DNA from: a virus
Virus record (IMG/VR): IMGVR_UViG_3300045988_062648
Location: 1 to 64,000 of that record
Length of the DNA stretch: 64,000 nt
Reading direction: 5' to 3' (one strand)
Of this stretch, positions 48,701 to 57,700 are shown piece after piece. The notes under the pieces were generated by a model that saw only the letters and a program-made list of their open reading frames with translations, was not told where the DNA came from and searched no databases. Position 1 is the stretch's first letter. Every line of letters starts with the position of its first letter. The position numbers were made by a program, and so were the translations under genes.

Positions 48701-51700
48701 GGTAGTATTAAATTTGAAGCTAAAACTTATCGTCCTGTATTTAAACCTGGAGTTAAAGATACAGATGGTTATAGATTTTATGACCTTGGAAAGAATGGAA
48801 GTGTAATTGAAGCATCTAAAACTGGTAATATTTCACATTATAGACTTGGAGGTAATGTATTTAAAAGTAATAAATTTACTGTAAAAGAACTTGGAGATGA
48901 TAATGTGCTACGTAAAGTCAATTATATGGAAGATATATTTGACGATAGTATTAATAGCACAGGAGCTGATGGTCGCATCAACCTTCTCTACGGGGGGCGA
49001 GAGTCCAAACTTAATATTGTTCGTAGTGATACTGGCTTAGTCACAGATGTTCAACTTACAGAAGCACAACAAGAAAGAGCTATTAATAATATAGTTAATT
49101 TCCTTAATAGTTACTTTACGCAAGCACAAGAAGAAGTTGCTAATTTTAATAATTTTGTTAAAGGTGTTCCAACTACTATAGATGCTGTTGTAGATTTTGC
49201 TGCTAATCAACTCATTACTCATTATGCTTATGATGACATATTTGAAGGTGGAGTAAAGTTCTATGCTGATGCTCAAACTGTACTTAAACGTGCTAAAGAA
49301 GTACAAGGTAGTGGAGTATCTTATGGTATTGTTGATTTTAATGATTCAAATATAGCTGATTTATATGATATTCCAAATGCTTATCTTAATAATGGTAAGT
49401 ATTCAGATTATACTAAAGAACAATATATTGGTGAAGATGGTAAACGTCATACTAAAGAAGTTCCTAGAACTAGAACTATTCAAGAAGTATTTGCTGGTAC
49501 TGAACTTGCTGGTATAACACAACGTAATGGCTGGCGAGCAGTTACTATTGAAAATAGTAAAAACACAAACTTTGCAGCACTTAAAGAACTTACAGGCGTT
49601 CTTGTTAAAGCAGGAATGAGTGAAGAAAATGCTAAAAATCTTCTTTATGGTCCTGTTGTAACAGATAAAAATGGTAATCCTATTTATGATAAAAATGGAC
49701 TAGAAAAACATAAAGGTGGTTATCAAGATACTAAAGTTAATGATGCACAGTCTTATATAACATTTAAAGAATGGGTTAGAAGAATAGCTGCAAGAGGTCA
49801 ACTTAAACGTTATATGCCACTTATTGAGAAACTTCTTGATCCAAATGCTGTACTTACTGATAATGACCTTAATGAATTTGTACAAGTTCAAAAGAATTTC
49901 TATTATGATTTACATTATGATAGTAGTTTTAATCGTTTTGTTCCTCGTCAAATTAAAAATGCAGAGTTTGTATTAGTTCCTCGTTTTATTAAAGGAACTC
50001 AACTTGAACGAGTCGCTCAAATGATGGAAGAAGCTAATATAGACCAGCTTAATACAGTTGAAACTAGTAAGGCTTCTAATCGTCATGTACTTACTCTTTG
50101 GGATAATGATGGAGAAATAAGTGAAGAACGTTATCAAAACTTTGCTAAAGAAGCAAAAGGAGTGGCTGAGATTTATTATTATAAATATCTTTATACTCAA
50201 CAAGAAACTCCGCAACATGTTAATACTACTAATAAAGCAGGTATTCAAATAGTCAAAAAGATGATTGATAATCTTGCTCAAGATGACCCTAATAAACTTC
50301 AATTCTTTGCTAATTATGTAGCTAATATTGAAGAAAGTTGGAGAAATCTTCTTGATAAACTTGATGTACCTCGTGATGAAAATGGTAATATACTTACTAA
50401 TCAAGATGGTCAAATACTAGGTATTAATAAAAAAGTTCTTTATGAAAGATTTAAAGAAGAACTTTATCGTACTGGCATTAATAGTAATATACTCGATTTT
50501 GTAACTCTTGATGAAACTACAAATCAACCTATTGCTCCTGCTATTAGCAATCTAGTTCTTGATAAAATAGAAACTACTCATCAAGCTATTTATAATAGTA
50601 AGATTACAAGACAGAAACTTCCTGGTTTCCATGCAGCGCAAGTAACTAATATTGGTTGGAAGAGATTAGATAATGGTGAAAGTAAATATTGTCTGAAAAC
50701 TAATGCTAATGTAATTATAAGTAAAGAAGAGTTTAATAATCTTGATGAAACAGAGAAAAAGAAATACCGTAACACACAAGTACAATATGATGGTAGCTTA
50801 CGTTATCATCCTAATGGAGAAGGTTATATTGAAGTAAAACTTACTTATAGTGCTTTAGGTATCAATAAAAATGATCCTCACTATATAGGAATGACTAATG
50901 CTGAAATCATTAAAGAACTTGAAGAACAAGGACTTGATAAAATTATTGGTTATCGTATTCCTACAGAAGGTAAACAATCAGTAGCTGTAATGAAAGTTGT
51001 AGACTTTATAGATGATGGTCTTGGTTCAACTATTGTAGTTCCTAATGATTGGGTTAGTCAAACTGGTTCTGACTTTGATATTGACTCTGTATATGGTATA
51101 ACTTTCGATACTCATAGAGGAAAAGGCGGCAAACTTATTAAAGCTAAATTTGTTGATGGAGATAATTATACTATTTCTGATTGGATTAATTATATAAAGA
51201 ATTATGCTGATAGAAATGCCAAAGGTTATGTTCGTCCTAAAATAAAACAAATTATAGATGCTATTAATAGTTCTGAACAAGAAGAATTTGTTAGTCTTAG
51301 AGCACAAGAAGATGAAGCATTTAAAAAATTTATTTCTGCTATACCTGAACAAAGTAGAGGTAAAATGGTAAATAGATTTAAGAATGAGGCTAAACGAATA
51401 AGAACTGCACTTGATGGAGCTAGTAATAAAGAAATATGGTCAGCTCAACTTGAAAAATATATTCAAATAGCTAGTGATCTTAAAGCTAAACTTAAAAATG
51501 CAAATACTATTGCATCTATAGATGAATTTATTTCTTCTTGTGATGATATACTTAATTTCCTTAATAATCAAGATGGAAGATTTGAACGAAAGAAAGATGC
51601 AGCTCTTGCTGAAGAAGAACAAAAACGTATAGATAAGTACAATGAAATAGCTAAAGAAGCTGGGCTTCTTACATTTGATGAATATTTTGATGCACTTGAC

Positions 51701-54700
51701 GCAGCTAAAACTCCAGAAGATTTTGCTAAACTTAATACCCGTCATGCTAGAAATAATGCTATTGTTCAATCTATGCTTAATATACTTCAAGATGTAAAGA
51801 ATCTTGAAGAAAATCTTTCTCGTTCTAATTCAGATGATATAGAAGCTAGTATAGATAAATGTCTTGGGGATAATGCTAAAGCTGAACGAGAAAATCGTAG
51901 CCAGTATAATGTATTTGACGAAATGCGTTATCAAGAAGAAGCTATGAGTGGTGCTGTCCTTAAAGGTGCTAGCGTATTTATGGATAGTGTATGTTCTATA
52001 TGTAATGTTGTTAAACCTACACTTCGTGGTGGTGTTAAAGTTTCTTATGATACTAAATTTTATAATCAAGAAGAAATTACCAAACGTTACGGTTTAAATA
52101 AAAATGATATTAGTAAAGGACGTATTCGTGTAGTACATAATCAATATGGCTGGAGTTCAGATAATAGAAATGTTATTGGACGACTTATAACACCTTATAG
52201 TTCAGAAACTACAGCTTATATTCTTGATGCTATCAAGAAAGGTGCTATGCCAAATGTTAATCAATTTACTTTCCCAGTTCTTAAACATTTGGTTAATCTT
52301 GGTATAGATTATGATACTGCTATATCATTTATGGCAAATCCTGCTATAAGTACAATAATACGTAATAATAATAGATTTAATTCTATTTATAGTAATGAGT
52401 TTGGAAATGCTATTCATGAAAGTATTAACGAAATAGCTCGTCAACTTGGTATAAAAGTAGATGAAAAAACACCTGTAATAAGTGTTCTTGCTTCTGTTCA
52501 ATCTAAGTTTGGCGATGTTATTAATAAGATATTTAAAGTAGATAAAGAAGACGTTAAATTTAGTCTTGAAGAAGAAGCTGCTGCTACTCTTGCTTTAATG
52601 CCTGATAAACTTATAGCAAGACTTAAAGATAATGGTATCTTTGGCACTACAACCCCCGTAGAAGAGAAGTTGATATTTGACTTAGGTAATATACTTATCT
52701 TTAATAGACTTCGTAATCAAGCACAAGAAATAGGTGGAGTAGCAACTGCTCTTAATCCAGATAAGTTTGGTGCTAAAATGAGTCTTTTTGCTACTAATCA
52801 AATATTTGATAAAATACTTGGACAAATATATACTGATAGTAGTTATGTAGAAGAAAGAACAGACCCTATTCTTAGTATTAATGGAGAACATATACTTAAA
52901 AGTATTTATCCAGGTATTACAGGAGACCCAGAAAATAGTATAGAACCTGGAGTTCCAGCAATGCTTAGAGCAGATATTAGTAAAAGTACTTATCCATCTC
53001 TTGCAGCATTTCTTAAATATGCTACAGCTACTTCTTCTGTAATTGCTAAACAAGTTCTTCTTACTCAACATCCAGCTTTTATTCGTTTTTGTAACGGACT
53101 TGCAACTAAGTTTAGTGATGTTGTACAAGAAATGGACGAAAAGCAATATAATGATTTTCAAAAGTATGCTATTAGTTATTTCTACAATAATGTAGAAAGT
53201 ATTAGGCGTCCAATTGTACCAGTCAAAAACGAAGATGGTACTTATAGTTATAATATAGATAATAGCGATACTCCAGACAATGCTACTATTTCAATAGAAG
53301 ATGCAGAACGTGAACGAGTATTTGGTTATAATAGAGTTCCAGCTTTATCTATAGTTGAAAAAGTACAAGTTACTAGAAATGGTAAAACTATTAATAAGAC
53401 TGTTACTCGTCCAATAGAAATAGAAAATCTTAATCATCCAACTCAAGAAGAACTCAATGATTTTGCTCAATTTAGTCCTGCACAAAAAGTTAAGTTTATT
53501 AAAACTCATTTTGATGATGCAGGAGTGTTCGATTATATTGATGTTCAACTTTATAATCCTACAATAAGAGGTTGGAGAACTGGTATGCAAACTCTTGAAT
53601 ATCTTGAATCTAACGTTGGTGACAATGTTATATTTAATATGTTCTATGAAGCATATAATAATCGTAATCCTCTTGTTGCTATGGCTGCTAGAGATGTAAT
53701 TAAATATGCAATACAAGTTGAAGGTTATCGTATGCGTCAAACTGCTGCTGGTAAAGTTATTAGTAATAAACCTCTTAATACTGGTTATGAAGAAGGTGGA
53801 ATGAATTTCTTTGCAGAAGTTGCTGAAATGTTTTCTACTATTGGTACAACAGGTAGTGCTATATTTGAACAAACTAGTATGGATGAAATATATGAGAGAT
53901 ATTTTAGAAGTCATATAGATAATCCTCATATTAAATCATTTAGACTTACTAATTCAAGTATGATTAAGTTTAATATTCATACTCGTAGTTACGATATGCT
54001 TGTAATGGAGAAAAAGTATGATGAAACTTCTGATGATGATAAAATAGCTAAAGAGTTTAATAATAATTGTGCTAAAGCAGGAATTAAAACTTATCATCCA
54101 GCTTCTAATACATATACTACAAATAATTATCTTAGAGTATATCGTGATAAAAAAGTTGTATTATATAAAATAAAAGATCTTGGTGATAAAGTTATACTTT
54201 ATCCTCTTAATAAACTTCAACCTAATGAAACTACTGAATGGTCAGCTAATGATAATAATAATGAATATCCTAATAAAATAACTTATGAAGGTATTATTCA
54301 TGATTATCAAAAACAACTTTTTAATGATGCTGCATTACAATTTACTAGTGGTTGGATAAAAGAAAGTAATAATGCTAGAAAACAAAATGGTGAAAATCCT
54401 GTAGTTTATTATAAGCATCGTAGAGATTATAGCAATCAAGCAGCTACAGTTGATTTCAATCTTGATAAACTTGCTAATGAACAAGGAGGTGCTTTAGCAC
54501 AAGCTCGTGAACAAATTAGAAGTAATTTTGAACGACTTAATGCTAAACATCTTTATATGCGTAATGCTGCTCTTGGTAATTATATATTTGTTCCAGGTTT
54601 TGAAAATGCTAGTAAGCAAACTATTACAATGAGAAATGGAGCTAAAAGTACATTCCTTATTGCAAAAGTAGATACAGACAGAAGTAGAACAAATAAACGT

Positions 54701-57700
54701 TATTTAGGTAATAATAAAAAAGAAAATGCTAAAGTTATTCAAACTATAGACAATCCTTCTCTTCGCCAAGTATATGAAAATGCTAATAATATAGGTCTAA
54801 AACAAGTAAGTGACTTATTTGTAGTTAGTCCTTATATTACTGATAGTAGCGAAGATATAGCTATGGCTTCTAATATAGAAGAGAATTTCTATGGTATGAT
54901 TGATAATATAGCTCGTGTTGCTCATACTACAGGAGAACAAGAAGCTGTATATGTTTATGATAAATTATCTAAAGCTGGAGTTAATTCTACTAAACAAGCT
55001 ATTAGAAATAATATAGAACTTGCTGTTCGTGAAAGTGCTAGATACTATTCTCATAAAGCTCAAGAACTTAAAAATCAAGTTAATTTCTTTATAGAAGACC
55101 CAACTCTTCCGGGACAATATATTTCAATGAACTCTGATGAAGTTTATAATAGGCTTGTACAAGACCAAGATATGACTAAACGTTATCTTAGAGTTTCAAA
55201 TGAAATTACTGCACTTAGAAATATGCTTGCTCCATTTGAAGAACTTAATCTTGATTCAGAAGATGCTCAACTTCAAGGTTATATAGACGCTTTAAAGAAA
55301 GCATATAAAATTGTACGTGAACTTCCAGTTAATGAAATTAATACTAATTATGCTAGAAAAGTATTAGCTAAAACTTCTACTAATCCTGTTATTACTGCAA
55401 ACATAATTGATGTACTTGATAATTATCATCGTAATTATGGTGCTATGTGGAAGTTTCATGATATAGCTGAATCTGGTAATCCATTTGTTCAACTTCTTAT
55501 GAGAGATATAGCTTCTCTTACAGAGGCTAAACGAATGCAAACTCAAAGATTTAAACGGAATTATCAAGCACGTATTAAAGAAATACAAGATGAAGCTACT
55601 CGTAATGGCTATACTATTGACCTTAATAAAATGATAGATAAACATGGCTATTTTGTTAAGAGTTATACTCATCAATTTATAGAAGATTATGATAGACTTA
55701 GAGTAGCTAAAAATAATGCAGCGGCTGAATATGGTATTGGTTCTATTGAATGGCTTAAAGCTAGAAATGAATATGAAGATTTTAAAGCTAAATATATAAA
55801 TCAAGAAGTTAAACAAGAATATTACGAAAAGCGTAATGCTAATGAAAAATATATGCTTGATAACTATCCTGAAATATATGAAGAATATATGAAACTTCAT
55901 TATCAGAGAATAGAACTTATGTCTTATTCTAGTGACCACGGTACTACACAAGATATAATAGATAAAATTGCTAATGTTGAACGTCAAATGTTCAATCTTA
56001 CAAGACCTAATTATTATATTAATGCTGACGGTCAATTAGTAGAAAGACCTGTAAGAGATCCTGATATTCAATATAGTCCTGAAAATGAAAGAGTATTACG
56101 TCTTTATAGTAGAGATGCACAAACTACTCTTAATAATTATCTTGACGCTCAACGTAAACTTAATGAAGAATATTATGAATATGATTCTGCATTTGGTTTT
56201 GAAGAAAATCTTGAAAAGTATCTTAATATAATAAAAGATTTTGAGCAACGTGATGCTAATGGAGTTCCTACTGTTCCAATTACTGTACTTGAAAATAATC
56301 CTAAATATGTAGAAGCTCGTAATTGGGTTCGTGAAAATGCTCAATTCGTTATTACACCAACTGATGAAGCAATTAAATCAGAAAATAGTATAGCTTATAA
56401 ACTTACTAATGCTCTTAACAGATTATTGATAGGTCGTAATGGTAAAAGTTATGCTGTTAATGATATAATGAATAACGCTAATGACGGAAAAGGTATTCGA
56501 GATGAACGTGGCATTCCAGATGGAACAAAACTTACAGATAAGGAACGAGCTAATATTAAAAAGAATCAAGAAGATGCTTATCAAATAAATGAAAGTACAG
56601 CTGGTTCTGATAGAATTCTTATTAATAGTATTAGTAAGCGTGAGGGTGATACTTATAAAGGTGAGTTCTATCGCAGTATGACTAGTGACAAGAAGATAGA
56701 TAATGCTCGTTATCTTAAACTTGTTACTGAACTTAATAGAAAACTTGAAAAGTATTATTCTGATATAGACGGTATAATTCATTTTGAACAAATACCAGAT
56801 ACTGAAGAAGGAATAGAAGAACTTAGTGAAATTGCAATGCTTTATCAGCAAATTCGTGCTGTTAAAAAGCAATATAAATCTTCTACTTCTACAGAAGCTA
56901 CTGAGTTTATTAAAGAAAATGTTGTTTTTGTATATGATAAAAATATTTATCTTTCACAAGCCAATGCCGTTAATGATAGAAGTAGCGAATATACAGAAGC
57001 ATGGATGAGAGTTAATCTTGAACGTAATGAAAATGGAGATTTTATACAGCGTCAAGACGGTTCTGTTATTCCTAATAATATGATTTATTCTTATGCTAAA
57101 CCTAAAGGTAAAAAAGGAGAAACCAAATATGATAAATGGGTAGATAATCAGAAAGCAGAAGATTTAGCTATTGTAAATCAATATTATCGTAAAGTTAAGA
57201 CACGTTATTATTATCAAGCTATGCGAGAAGCTATGCGTCAAGAAGAAGAAAATCATGACGGTAGTTATCAGAAATGGTATCAAGATAATCATATTTATAA
57301 TCCTTATACACGTAAATATGAGCCTCTTGCTTGCTGGCTTATGAATGAATATCGTGACGAACTTTTTAAAGATAATGAATTTGAAGGTCGTTGGATGCCT
57401 AAGAGAAAACAACGTGAAAGAGTTGTTAGGGATGGTAATACTTCTATTATAGTAAATGGAGTAGAAAATACTATATATAATGAGTATAACGATAAACGTA
57501 ATGCTAATTACAATCCCAATCTTCCTCTTAGCGACAATTATATTCAAGGTTCAGGTTATGATAATAATGTAGCTCTTAATCCTTATGAAGTTCAAATGCG
57601 TGATTATATGCAATCTGTTCTTCAATCTCTTGCTCATGTAGATAGTGCTAAGAAATATTTTAGTAGAGGTGCTTTACCGAGAAGACTTAAACCTGAAAGA

